The translations under genes were made by a program, and so were the position numbers. A DNA stretch of 64,000 nt. Origin: an uncultured Ruminococcus sp. (GTDB lineage Bacteria; Bacillota; Clostridia; Oscillospirales; Ruminococcaceae). The DNA lies in contig CAYZOV010000005.1 in assembly GCA_964480525.1 (NCBI GenBank), positions 4,963-68,962 on the forward strand. Reading direction: 5' to 3'. The notes beneath the pieces were generated by a model. It made no database searches and was not told where the DNA came from. It worked only from the letters and a program-made list of their open reading frames with translations. Below, in pieces: positions 46,640 to 55,316 of the stretch; position 1 is the stretch's first letter; each line of letters starts with the position of its first letter.

Positions 46640-48118
46640 ATGATTTCAAACGATATTTATTCGGATATTGCCAGAAGAACCGACGGCGACATTTACATAG
46701 GGGTTGTGGGTCCTGTCAGAACAGGTAAATCAACCTTTATAAAACAGTTCATGGAAAAACTTGTTATTCCGAATATTCAGTCGGATTACAGGCGTGAACG
46801 TGCTGTTGACGAATTGCCACAATGTGCGGCAGGCAAAACAATTATGACAACCGAACCTAAATTTATCCCCGAAGAAGCTGTTGAAGTATGTCTTGAAAAC
46901 GGCGGTAAATTTAACGTCAGAATGATTGACTGCGTAGGATATATTATTCCGAGCAGTATCGGTTATTTTGAAAACGAAGCACCGAGAATGGTTGTTACAC
47001 CGTGGTTTGACAGCGAAGTCCCGTTTAATATGGCTGCGGAAGTCGGCACACAAAAGGTTATTACAGAACATTCAACAATCGGATTGGTTGTTACAACCGA
47101 CGGAAGTATTACGGATTTGCCACGAGAAGAATACGAAGAATCAGAAGAACGTGTAATCAACGAACTTAGAAAAATCAACAAACCTTTTGTCGTTTTGCTT
47201 AACTGCGTATATCCCGAAGCGGAAGAATCACAAGAGCTTGCACAGAGTTTGAGCGAAAAATACCAAACTCCGGTTATTGCAATAAACTGTCTTGAATTAA
47301 CCGACGATACGATAAAAGAGATTTTGCAACAGATTCTTTACGCATTTCCTGTAAAAGAAATAAGCGTTGAAATGCCTAAATGGATTGCCTGTCTTGAAAA
47401 AGGTCATTGGCTTAAAGAAAGCATTTATTCCGTTATAAAAGAAAGCGCTTGCAATATTACACATTTGCGTGAAATTGAAAATCTATGCAACGACATAAAA
47501 TCAAGCGAATATGTAATAAACAGCTCTATTTCTTCAATAGACTTGGGAAAAGGCAGCGCTTATATCAGAGTTGACGTTTCGCAAAGTCTGTTCTTTAAGA
47601 TTTTGGGTGAAACAACAGGTCTTGAAATTGAAAACGAAAGCGATTTGTTACCGCAGATTCAGGAACTTATCGGTATTAAATCTAAATATGAAAAAATTGC
47701 CACCGCTCTGGACGAAGTGGAAGCGACAGGTTACGGAATTGTTATGCCAAACGCCGACGAACTAAAACTTGACGAGCCGGAAATAATCAAACAAGGCGGA
47801 AAATACGGCGTAAAACTAAAAGCGACCGCACCGTCAATTCATCTTATTAAAACCAATATTACCACCGAAATTTCGCCGATTGTGGGTTCTGAAAGACAGT
47901 CGGAAGAATTGGTTTTGTATTTGCTTAACGATTTTGAAGAAAGCCCTGAAAAAATATGGGAATCAAACATTTTCGGAAAATCACTTCACGAACTGGTGAA
48001 CGAGGGTTTGCACAACAAACTTTTCAAAATGCCGCCTGACGCAAGAATGAAAATGCAGGAAACTATCGAACGTATTATCAACGAGGGCTGTTCGGGTCTT
48101 ATATGCCTTATTCTTTAA
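46640..48118 (+). CDS. spoIVA: Stage IV sporulation protein A (coat-basement ATPase)
   Basis: 492 aa. IYIGVVGPVRTGKSTFIK Walker A; the conserved full-length pattern ends ..GCSGLICLIL. Confidence 0.95.
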   Translation: MISNDIYSDIARRTDGDIYIGVVGPVRTGKSTFIKQFMEKLVIPNIQSDYRRERAVDELPQCAAGKTIMTTEPKFIPEEAVEVCLENGGKFNVRMIDCVGYIIPSSIGYFENEAPRMVVTPWFDSEVPFNMAAEVGTQKVITEHSTIGLVVTTDGSITDLPREEYEESEERVINELRKINKPFVVLLNCVYPEAEESQELAQSLSEKYQTPVIAINCLELTDDTIKEILQQILYAFPVKEISVEMPKWIACLEKGHWLKESIYSVIKESACNITHLREIENLCNDIKSSEYVINSSISSIDLGKGSAYIRVDVSQSLFFKILGETTGLEIENESDLLPQIQELIGIKSKYEKIATALDEVEATGYGIVMPNADELKLDEPEIIKQGGKYGVKLKATAPSIHLIKTNITTEISPIVGSERQSEELVLYLLNDFEESPEKIWESNIFGKSLHELVNEGLHNKLFKMPPDARMKMQETIERIINEGCSGLICLIL

Positions 48119-48120
48119 GA

Positions 48121-48161
48121 AAAAAACTCCGATAAAAGCACACGCTTTCATCGGAGTTTTG
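48121..48161. terminator. Bidirectional terminator between spoIVA and the surface-protein gene (convergent)
   Basis: AAAACTCCGAT-loop-ATCGGAGTTTT, an 11-bp stem. Confidence 0.8.
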
Positions 48162-48163
48162 TA

Positions 48164-51100
48164 TTATCTGTTTGTTTTCTTTTTCTTATCCCAAATTCCA
48201 ACGCCGATTGTTCCGCAAGTAGTAATTGCAAGCAAAATCCACAATAATGTATGGCTGTTGCCTGTGTTCGGAACTTCGTCCTTATCGACAGGTTTTTCAA
48301 GTTTTTGAATAATTGTGTCTGCAAGAGTTATTTCGTTTTCGCCGTTTTCATCAGAATAATATTTTCCGCAATCTTCGCAGAACCAGTATTCTGTGTTGCC
48401 CTCATTTTCGGTTGTAGCTTCTACTTTTTCAACGTGTTTAAGTCCGCTTGCGTGGTTTGTCGGGTCAAGTTCGCCGTATTCGTCGCCACAGATTTCACAA
48501 ACTGCCTTGTCTGTGCAGGTTGCTGTACCGCCTGTGTGGTCGGAAATAATTGTAATTTCCTTGTTTGATGAATAATCAAAACCGTCAGCGGTTTTTGCGT
48601 AAACGCTAAGCTTAAACGAATTTTCATTTTCAATTAAATCAGGTGAAATTGTAATTGTGTAAACGCCGTTTTCGTAAACAGGCGTTAAACCGCTGTCGCC
48701 CTTTAATTCAAAATCATAACCGTAAACAACATCTGTCGAACCGTCAGGAAGTGTAAACGTAAATGTCCAGTCGTGACCTTGACAAACGGTATCGTTTCCG
48801 TTAATTATAATCTGCGGAACGTCGGATTTTTCGGTTTCAAGTCCGCAAACTGTACATTTCTGCCAATACTGACCGTTTTCGTTCTGCCATTGATAATCAT
48901 GCAAGCAAGGGGTATCACATTCTGTACAAACGCCGTTTTCCCATTCATGGTTTTCAATTTCAACAATTGTTTTTCCACAGCAATCCCAGAGTTGTTCATG
49001 TCTGTTAGGTGTAATATTCCAACCCTTATCGCCTGTATGGTTGTTTGCGTCAAGTTCGCCATATTCTTCGCCACAGATTTCGCAAATTGCCTTGTCTGTG
49101 CAAGTTGCTTCTCCGCCTGTGTGGTTGCCTTGTATTTCTACAATTTTTTCATCGATAAACGGATATCCGTCTTTGGTATTTGCACCGGCAGTTACAGAAA
49201 ATGTTGTAACGCCATTTTCAAAAACAAAATCAATGATTTCATGATTTAAAGTACAACTATATACACCATTACCCAAATATGTTGTATTAAGCTCAATTTC
49301 GTAAATTGAACTTATAAATGCATTACCCACATTATCAACTTCCTCCGAAAATGTAAAGGTGAAAGTGTAGTCCTGGGTTTTACAAACCTTATCCGCACCG
49401 ATTATTGTAATTTCCGGAATATCCTTTTTAGCGGTTTCAAGTCCGCAAACAGAACATCTCTGCCAATACTGACCGTTTTCGCTATGCCAATTGTAGTCGT
49501 GTACACATGGGTACTCACATTCTTTACAAATGCCGTTTTCCCATTCGTGGTTTTCAAGGGAAACTGTTACTTTACCACAACAATTCCACTTTTGTTCGTG
49601 CCGGGTTGCGTTTTTGGTTGTCCAAACAAGTTTGCCTGAATGGGTTGTCGGGTCAAGGTCGCCATATTCTTCGCCACAAATTTCACAAACTGCCTTATCT
49701 GTGCAAGTTGCTTCACCGCCTGTGCATTGTGAAGAAGTTTCACCGCAGAAGTCACATTTGTGGTCAGACGGATTTACGTCTTTGTGTCCTGCACATGACC
49801 ATTTAGCTGTCAGGGTCATATTATCCATAACAGAATCATTAAAATTCCATTTGTTTTCGCCGTTATACCAACCCTCAAAATTAAAGTTTTCCTTTGTCGG
49901 GGCGCTGACGCTTGCAAGCTTTTGTCCTTTAAGAACCTTTTGCGTTGCAACAGCCGAACCGCCGTTTGAATCAAACGTAACAGTCAGCTTTGCTTTATCC
50001 TCAACTATAGTTCCCATTCCACTTTGACCCATAATTACATTTCCATAGAAAGTGGTATAATCGGTTGCGTCATCTGAACGTGTGATTGTTCCGAAATTGA
50101 ATACATCATCATCAATAACACCTCCATTTGCATAAATCGTTCCAAAAACAAATACGCCAATGTTATTCCCGCCAGGTAAGTCAGATATATTATCAGATAT
50201 TGTACCGCCGTTCATGTACATATTTGCATTTTCGCCTATATAAACTGCTCCGCCAGCGTCAGTTGATTTACAGCCTATGATAGAACCTCCGTTAAAATAG
50301 AATATGGAATTATCCGCTTTAACGTTTATTGCACCGGTTACAGCTCCCTGACAACCTACAATACTACCGCCGTTCATTGTAAACTTTCCAAAAGAAATAA
50401 CTATGACGCCATCACGCCCCTGGTTTGAGCGTGACGAACAATCAAATCCCGTAATAACGCCTCCGTTAACTGTTTTAATTCCGTTTTCTTCATCAAGCAC
50501 CCACACACCGTCACCATTTGGTGTGAATTTATGTGTTGCATTAGGATTGCTGTCAAGCAATGTTAAATTACAACCACTATCAACAGTAATTGCAGCACTA
50601 CTTGCGAATACACCACTTAAATCCATAACATGACCATTTAAATCAATAATGAAGTCACGATGTAATAATAAGCTAAAATACTCATCACACAGTATATCAG
50701 ACGTCAAAATAACACCGCCATAGCCGTTGTTGTTGGCATTTACAATCTCGTATCCGTGTTTTACGCCGAGAATGATAGAATCAGTATTTGATATAACACT
50801 AAGTCCCGAAACTTCTGAAATACCATTTAAAAATGTACCGCCTGCGATAGTACCTGTTTGGTTATCCCAAGGCGAATTAGGAGAAGGTTTTTGATATCCA
50901 TTTGTTACTGTTCCTTCAAATCTACCGCCACTTATTGTTCCTGAACAAGGATAATCATAAAAACTTTGATTAAAAAAGCTATTATAAACATCATTTGCAA
51001 AGTTTCCCCATTTAATTGTACCGCCATTGTAAACACAACCTTCAAATGATGTGGCTGTTGTAATATTCTCATCACTTCTGGTGATTTCACCGTTTATATT

Positions 51101-51661
51101 TACAACATCACCTGATATTTTTCCGTCGTGAGCATACAATGTACCACCTTTTATATTAACAATACCGTCAATTGTACCGCCTGTGAGAGCCATTGTTGCA
51201 CCTCTGGCTATATATATAGCTGTTAAATTATTTTCTGAACGTATATTACCGCTTTTAAAAGTAAACGAACTTCCGGAGTTAACCTCGATTATTCCACCAA
51301 ATGTATCTAAAGCACCAGTAATCAAACCAGACCCACTATCCCGAATAGTTAAATTTCCGTTAGTGGAAGAATCACCTATCGCAATAACATTAAGGAAATT
51401 GGGATTTTTAAGAATATGACCATTTATATCCAAGTTTACATATCCCTTGACAGTAATTACTCTGTCAATGTCGATGTCCTCGTCAAGATAAAAATAAGTC
51501 ATCTCGCTCTCTGTACTGCCACCTGTCAAAACATATGAATTGTTTTGCAGATATGTTTTTGTAAGCGCTATGCTGTTTTGTGTCTGCGCAATAACCGTCG
51601 TCGGAACGAGGGTCAGCACCATACAGATTGTGAGCAGTATGCTCAAAAATCGTTTTTTCAT
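48164..51661 (-). CDS. Large sortase-anchored surface protein: beta-helix repeats + Listeria-Bacteroides (Flg_new) repeat + 2.2 Cys/His-rich repeats of about 200 aa
   Basis: 1165 aa from MKKRFLSILL, with an AGGAGG RBS and a signal peptide. N-terminal 550 aa carry GGxI/NGGTI-type parallel-beta-helix repeats. An LTVTFDSNGG...FEGWY...LTAKW repeat follows. C-terminal sorting signal: VPNTG, a hydrophobic span, then KKKKTNR. Confidence 0.85.
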   Translation of the reverse strand: MKKRFLSILLTICMVLTLVPTTVIAQTQNSIALTKTYLQNNSYVLTGGSTESEMTYFYLDEDIDIDRVITVKGYVNLDINGHILKNPNFLNVIAIGDSSTNGNLTIRDSGSGLITGALDTFGGIIEVNSGSSFTFKSGNIRSENNLTAIYIARGATMALTGGTIDGIVNIKGGTLYAHDGKISGDVVNINGEITRSDENITTATSFEGCVYNGGTIKWGNFANDVYNSFFNQSFYDYPCSGTISGGRFEGTVTNGYQKPSPNSPWDNQTGTIAGGTFLNGISEVSGLSVISNTDSIILGVKHGYEIVNANNNGYGGVILTSDILCDEYFSLLLHRDFIIDLNGHVMDLSGVFASSAAITVDSGCNLTLLDSNPNATHKFTPNGDGVWVLDEENGIKTVNGGVITGFDCSSRSNQGRDGVIVISFGKFTMNGGSIVGCQGAVTGAINVKADNSIFYFNGGSIIGCKSTDAGGAVYIGENANMYMNGGTISDNISDLPGGNNIGVFVFGTIYANGGVIDDDVFNFGTITRSDDATDYTTFYGNVIMGQSGMGTIVEDKAKLTVTFDSNGGSAVATQKVLKGQKLASVSAPTKENFNFEGWYNGENKWNFNDSVMDNMTLTAKWSCAGHKDVNPSDHKCDFCGETSSQCTGGEATCTDKAVCEICGEEYGDLDPTTHSGKLVWTTKNATRHEQKWNCCGKVTVSLENHEWENGICKECEYPCVHDYNWHSENGQYWQRCSVCGLETAKKDIPEITIIGADKVCKTQDYTFTFTFSEEVDNVGNAFISSIYEIELNTTYLGNGVYSCTLNHEIIDFVFENGVTTFSVTAGANTKDGYPFIDEKIVEIQGNHTGGEATCTDKAICEICGEEYGELDANNHTGDKGWNITPNRHEQLWDCCGKTIVEIENHEWENGVCTECDTPCLHDYQWQNENGQYWQKCTVCGLETEKSDVPQIIINGNDTVCQGHDWTFTFTLPDGSTDVVYGYDFELKGDSGLTPVYENGVYTITISPDLIENENSFKLSVYAKTADGFDYSSNKEITIISDHTGGTATCTDKAVCEICGDEYGELDPTNHASGLKHVEKVEATTENEGNTEYWFCEDCGKYYSDENGENEITLADTIIQKLEKPVDKDEVPNTGNSHTLLWILLAITTCGTIGVGIWDKKKKTNR
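48452..49726 (-). repeat. Tandem coding repeats (201 aa + 195 aa + partial 29 aa) of a Cys/His-rich module in the surface protein
   Basis: (H/C)TGG(E/T)ATCTDKA(V/I)CEICG(E/D)EYG(D/E)LD..(T/N)H occurs three times (aa 669, 870 and 1065 of the ORF). The DNA is also conserved (ttcgccacagatttc.caaa.tgcctt.tctgtgca.gttgc). Confidence 0.9.
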
Positions 51662-51755
51662 ACAATACCTCCTGTATTCGTTAAATTTACCGAAAAATCG
51701 GCTGTTTTTTAGTTTAAATTCAAAACGCAATTTAAACGTCTGTTAAGTTAATCTT

Positions 51756-51784
51756 ATTTTACCATATTTTTCAATAGAAGTCAA
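51756..51784 (-). promoter_or_regulatory. Promoter of the surface-protein gene
   Basis: TTGACT, 17 nt, TGgTAAAAT extended -10; leader of about 88 nt. Confidence 0.5.
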
Positions 51785-51813
51785 TAGTAATTTAATAATA
51801 AACACAAATATTT

Positions 51814-51850
51814 ATAAAAAAGTAAAGCCCAGTCTTAAAGACAAGGCTTT
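51814..51850 (-). terminator. Terminator after the P-II-like gene
   Basis: AAAGCC..GTCT-loop-AGAC..GGCTTT hairpin followed on the minus strand by ACUUUUUU. Confidence 0.65.
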
Positions 51851-51899
51851 CATAAATCTTTATTATGTCCGAAGATAATTATGCTTCAAACATTTTTAA

Positions 51900-52232
51900 T
51901 TAAATTCCCTCTGAAAAAGTTATCGGCACGCCGAACATTACGCCTGCGTTTGGCACGTTAAAGTCGCCTACAACATTTTTAACGGTTTCTCTGACGGTTT
52001 GCACCATATCATCGTTTACAGCCATAATAATTGTCTTGCTTTCGTTAGGGTTTTCTTTATTTAAAATCTGTTTTAATAAATCCAAAGTTTGAACGTTTTC
52101 CGATTTATAAAGGTACTTTGCCATTCCCTCGCTGTCAAGAACAGTTGCGCCCTTAACGCCTGCGTTTGCAAGTTCAACCATAAGCTGGTCTGTCAAATTA
52201 ACGTGTTTAATTATTACATAAATTAACTGCAT
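51900..52232 (-). CDS. Small P-II-like (ferredoxin-like fold) protein, function unknown
   Basis: 110 aa from MQLIYVIIKH, with a GGAGG RBS. Beta-alpha-beta pattern ...AGVKGATVLDSEG...IIMAV... reminiscent of the P-II/DarA-type superfamily. Lies 26 nt after prmA. Confidence 0.45.
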   Translation of the reverse strand: MQLIYVIIKHVNLTDQLMVELANAGVKGATVLDSEGMAKYLYKSENVQTLDLLKQILNKENPNESKTIIMAVNDDMVQTVRETVKNVVGDFNVPNAGVMFGVPITFSEGI

Positions 52233-52258
52233 ATTTTTCCTCCTTTTTTCAAATACGG

Positions 52259-53224
52259 TTACGCCCTGAACGAAGCCGCAACCCAATCTTCCTTTTCTCT
52301 GACTTCTAAAAGTTCAAAACCCTCCCCGACAATGCCGTTTATAACATCGTCTTTGCGTTGGTCGATAATTCCCGACACAACGAGAGTTCCGTGTTCTTTC
52401 AAAAAGCCTTTGAAATAAGGGGTCATTGCTTTCAAAACGTCTGCAACAATATTTGCGCAAACAAAATCATAATCTTTTCCTATTTTTTCTCTTAAAATTT
52501 CATCACATATAACGTTGCCACATTCAGCCGTATACTTTTCCGTGGAAATTCCGTTTTTATCGGCATTTTCTTTTGCAATTTTTACTGCGTTTTCTTCAAT
52601 GTCAACTGCATAAGCGCTGTCTGCACCCAAAAGAATACCGCCGATAGATAAAATTCCGCTTCCGCAACCTAAATCAAGCATTTTGTCGCCGTCGCCCAGA
52701 TATTTTTCGATAAGTTCTAAGCAAAGTTGGGTCGTGTTATGCTGACCTGTACCGAAACTTGACGCAGGGTCAATCTCCAAAATTTTTCTTGTTTCGTTTT
52801 CCGAAACCTTTTCCCAGCTTGGTTTAATAAGAAGCTTGTTTCCAACTGTTAGTGGTTTAAAGTATTGTTTCCAGTTGTTTGCCCAATCTTCCTCCTTTAC
52901 ATTTGAAATTTCATATTCAAGTCTACCCCAAACTGAATTAACATCTCTTGATTTTAATGCCAAAAGTTCAGTTTTTATAGCATTAAAATTTTCCATACCC
53001 TGTGCATTTTCAGGCAAATACACGGTTACGGTTGTTTCACAGTCTTTAAGACCCATAAGGTCGTCGTCTATGTAATCCCAATTCATTTCTTTGTTTTCAA
53101 GAAATTCCTTAAAATCGTTGCTGTCCTTTATAGCAAAACCGTTTACACCCATTCCGAGAAGCGTTCCGCAAACAATATCAACACCCTCTGTGGTTGTAAA
53201 AATATTCATTTCTACCCAGTTCAT
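52259..53224 (-). CDS. prmA: Ribosomal protein L11 methyltransferase
   Basis: 321 aa. FGTGQHNTT, LDLGCGSGILSI, ANI motif. Confidence 0.93.
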   Translation of the reverse strand: MNWVEMNIFTTTEGVDIVCGTLLGMGVNGFAIKDSNDFKEFLENKEMNWDYIDDDLMGLKDCETTVTVYLPENAQGMENFNAIKTELLALKSRDVNSVWGRLEYEISNVKEEDWANNWKQYFKPLTVGNKLLIKPSWEKVSENETRKILEIDPASSFGTGQHNTTQLCLELIEKYLGDGDKMLDLGCGSGILSIGGILLGADSAYAVDIEENAVKIAKENADKNGISTEKYTAECGNVICDEILREKIGKDYDFVCANIVADVLKAMTPYFKGFLKEHGTLVVSGIIDQRKDDVINGIVGEGFELLEVREKEDWVAASFRA

Positions 53225-53259
53225 AGCTTTCTCCTTGTCAAAATTAAGTATTAAATTGT

Positions 53260-53288
53260 ATTATAACACATTTTCCAAAGTATTGCAA
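53260..53288 (-). promoter_or_regulatory. prmA promoter
   Basis: TTGCAA, 17 nt, TGtTATAAT. Confidence 0.5.
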
Positions 53289-53353
53289 ATGTTTTCAAGA
53301 AAAATTCGTAAAATATTAAACATCTAATTCATGTTATTTAATAAAATTTCTTA

Positions 53354-53388
53354 AACAAAAACGAGTGGTCTTTTGCAAAACCACTCGC
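53354..53388 (-). terminator. Terminator of the lipoprotein/zinc-ribbon operon
   Basis: CGAGUGGU-loop-ACCACUCG followed by UUUUUGUUU. Confidence 0.75.
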
Positions 53389-53394
53389 TGATAG

Positions 53395-54045
53395 TTATTT
53401 AAACATTTCTTTTGTTTTCTTTGAAATCTTAAACATAAACACCAGAGCCACAATTGTCATAATTACACTTAACCAGCCGATAAACGTTATTCCACCCGAA
53501 TAAGAATATTCTCTTCCATAAGAATCTTTGTTTTGTTTAATCGTATCATAGGTTCCAAAAATCACAAATGCATATACCAAAAGATTGTAAATCATAAGAA
53601 TTTTACCGAGAATCAAACGCTTACGGTTGTTAATTTGTTTTTTAATCACGGGCATTATGCAAAAAACAATTGACAGCAAAAACAATATTATGAAAATTAC
53701 CGAACCAATAGAACTTGAAAAGAGTTCGTCTGACGCATTGTTCATTACTTCATAAATACTGTATTTTTCCAATCTTCTAAATATTGAAGCCCTTTGAGTT
53801 AAGTTTACAAACGTAAAAAATCTAAAAATAAATACCAACAACTGCAAACCTGCTGTAATGCAAAAAAGTTTAACAAGGTCTTTGTCTATATTTACGGGAG
53901 CATTTGCATTAACATTATTTACGACGGTAGGGTTTTGAATAATACTTTTAGCGACGGGTGTTTGCTGTTTTGCTGTTGGCGTTCCGCATTTGGCACAGAA
54001 TTTTGCATTATCGGATACTTGCGAACCGCAGTTTTTACAATACAT
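53395..54045 (-). CDS. Zinc-ribbon N-terminal, 4-TM membrane protein of unknown function
   Basis: 216 aa. MYCKNCGSQVSDNAKFCAKCG (CxxC-x11-CxxC), then four hydrophobic spans. Lies 14 nt after the lipoprotein gene and is followed by a terminator. Confidence 0.6.
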   Translation of the reverse strand: MYCKNCGSQVSDNAKFCAKCGTPTAKQQTPVAKSIIQNPTVVNNVNANAPVNIDKDLVKLFCITAGLQLLVFIFRFFTFVNLTQRASIFRRLEKYSIYEVMNNASDELFSSSIGSVIFIILFLLSIVFCIMPVIKKQINNRKRLILGKILMIYNLLVYAFVIFGTYDTIKQNKDSYGREYSYSGGITFIGWLSVIMTIVALVFMFKISKKTKEMFK

Positions 54046-54059
54046 AATTATTACCTCAC

Positions 54060-55265
54060 TTATTCATTTTCAGTTTGAACCTTAGAAACATTATACCAAT
54101 CGCCGTCAATTGTAACAGTTACAAGAACACAATTTTCAAGACTTACACCGGAATCACTAAACTTAAAATCGTATGAATCCGAAGATTCATAACCCCATTT
54201 AAGTGTTCCGTTAGGATATTTAATAATGTTCACCGTGGAAATATTTGTCCAATATGTAACCTTGTCAGAATTGCGGTCTGTATAACTAATGGAATAAATA
54301 AAAGAAAGCTTGTTGTACGGAGCATTGCAATTGTGGTATTCCGACTTTTTAATAAGTTTCAGAGTTGACAAATATGTTTCACACGGGGTAATTTTGTCAA
54401 CAGAAGAAAGCCCCTTTATATTATTATCAAACAAGTAAACATACAACGAACCACTTGCTCTATTCGACAATGCTTGCGCAATTTCCGTATTTATTGTATC
54501 GGTTAGTTCTTGATACATCATGGTCAGGTCTACGCCGTCTAGGCTTTCGATATATTCAGGTTGATTTTCCACAGGATATTTTGCCTGTTGGTCAAGAATA
54601 ATCATATTCATATTTTCCGCTTCTTCCGAAAGCGTCGCAGTTACAACAAAATATTCACCGTTTGAATAATCTTCTTTGTCAAGCGTGTATGTTACATACA
54701 ACTGTGCTTCTTCGCTGCAAGCGGCGTTATTCAAAGTTATTTTGCAATAAGGCGAAATTCCTGATATTTCATAATTTAATCCCTTAAATGGGTCAATTAC
54801 AGTTTTGTCGCTGTAATTATTGTGTACGGTATCATTTACGGAAGAATCTTCCGTGTGTGTAGGGGTATCGTTTGTTGTAGGCGCTGTTGTATCGGACATT
54901 GAAGAATTATCGGTTTCGGATTTTTCAGACGACGGCGGAGAATCCTTATAATAATTACCTACATAACCCATATAATCAAGCGTAACAAATTCGCCGTATT
55001 CGTCCTCGTCAACGTAGGTTTCGCATGATTCACCGTAAAAATCCAAAAACTCTATGGTTTCACCGTCATCAAGGATTTTCCAAGTACCCGTACCGTACAT
55101 TCCCTCAATTTTCCAAGTTCCGTCAGACCGTATGTCCAAACATTTTTCTTCGTCTTTGTACCACTTACCCACCAAATCATCTTCAACGTCCGAACAAGCA
55201 CTAAGCGAAACGATAAGAATAATCGGTAAAAGTAGCATACAAAACAGTTTTGTGAGCTTTTTCAT
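54060..55265 (-). CDS. Lipoprotein of unknown function
   Basis: 401 aa. Lipobox SLSACS, S/T/D-rich linker, two beta-rich domains. GGAGGG RBS 7 nt upstream. Confidence 0.65.
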   Translation of the reverse strand: MKKLTKLFCMLLLPIILIVSLSACSDVEDDLVGKWYKDEEKCLDIRSDGTWKIEGMYGTGTWKILDDGETIEFLDFYGESCETYVDEDEYGEFVTLDYMGYVGNYYKDSPPSSEKSETDNSSMSDTTAPTTNDTPTHTEDSSVNDTVHNNYSDKTVIDPFKGLNYEISGISPYCKITLNNAACSEEAQLYVTYTLDKEDYSNGEYFVVTATLSEEAENMNMIILDQQAKYPVENQPEYIESLDGVDLTMMYQELTDTINTEIAQALSNRASGSLYVYLFDNNIKGLSSVDKITPCETYLSTLKLIKKSEYHNCNAPYNKLSFIYSISYTDRNSDKVTYWTNISTVNIIKYPNGTLKWGYESSDSYDFKFSDSGVSLENCVLVTVTIDGDWYNVSKVQTENE

Positions 55266-55280
55266 GATTTTTCCCTCCTA

Positions 55281-55315
55281 AATAAAAAAGTGTGAGCAAC
55301 CGAAGTCACTCACAC
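55281..55315 (-). terminator. Intrinsic terminator between the structured RNA and the lipoprotein RBS
   Basis: GUGUGAGUGAC-UUC-GGUUGCUCACAC stem of 11 bp (including 2 G-U pairs), followed by UUUUUUAUUU. The GGAGGG RBS starts 5 nt later. Confidence 0.8.
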
Positions 55316-55316
55316 T

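Noticed and set aside
51662-51730. 23-aa extension of the surface-protein ORF (MRFEFKLKNSRFF...).
   Set aside because: The internal ATG at 51661 is preceded by AGGAGG at ideal spacing and starts a canonical signal peptide. The extension would bury that peptide.
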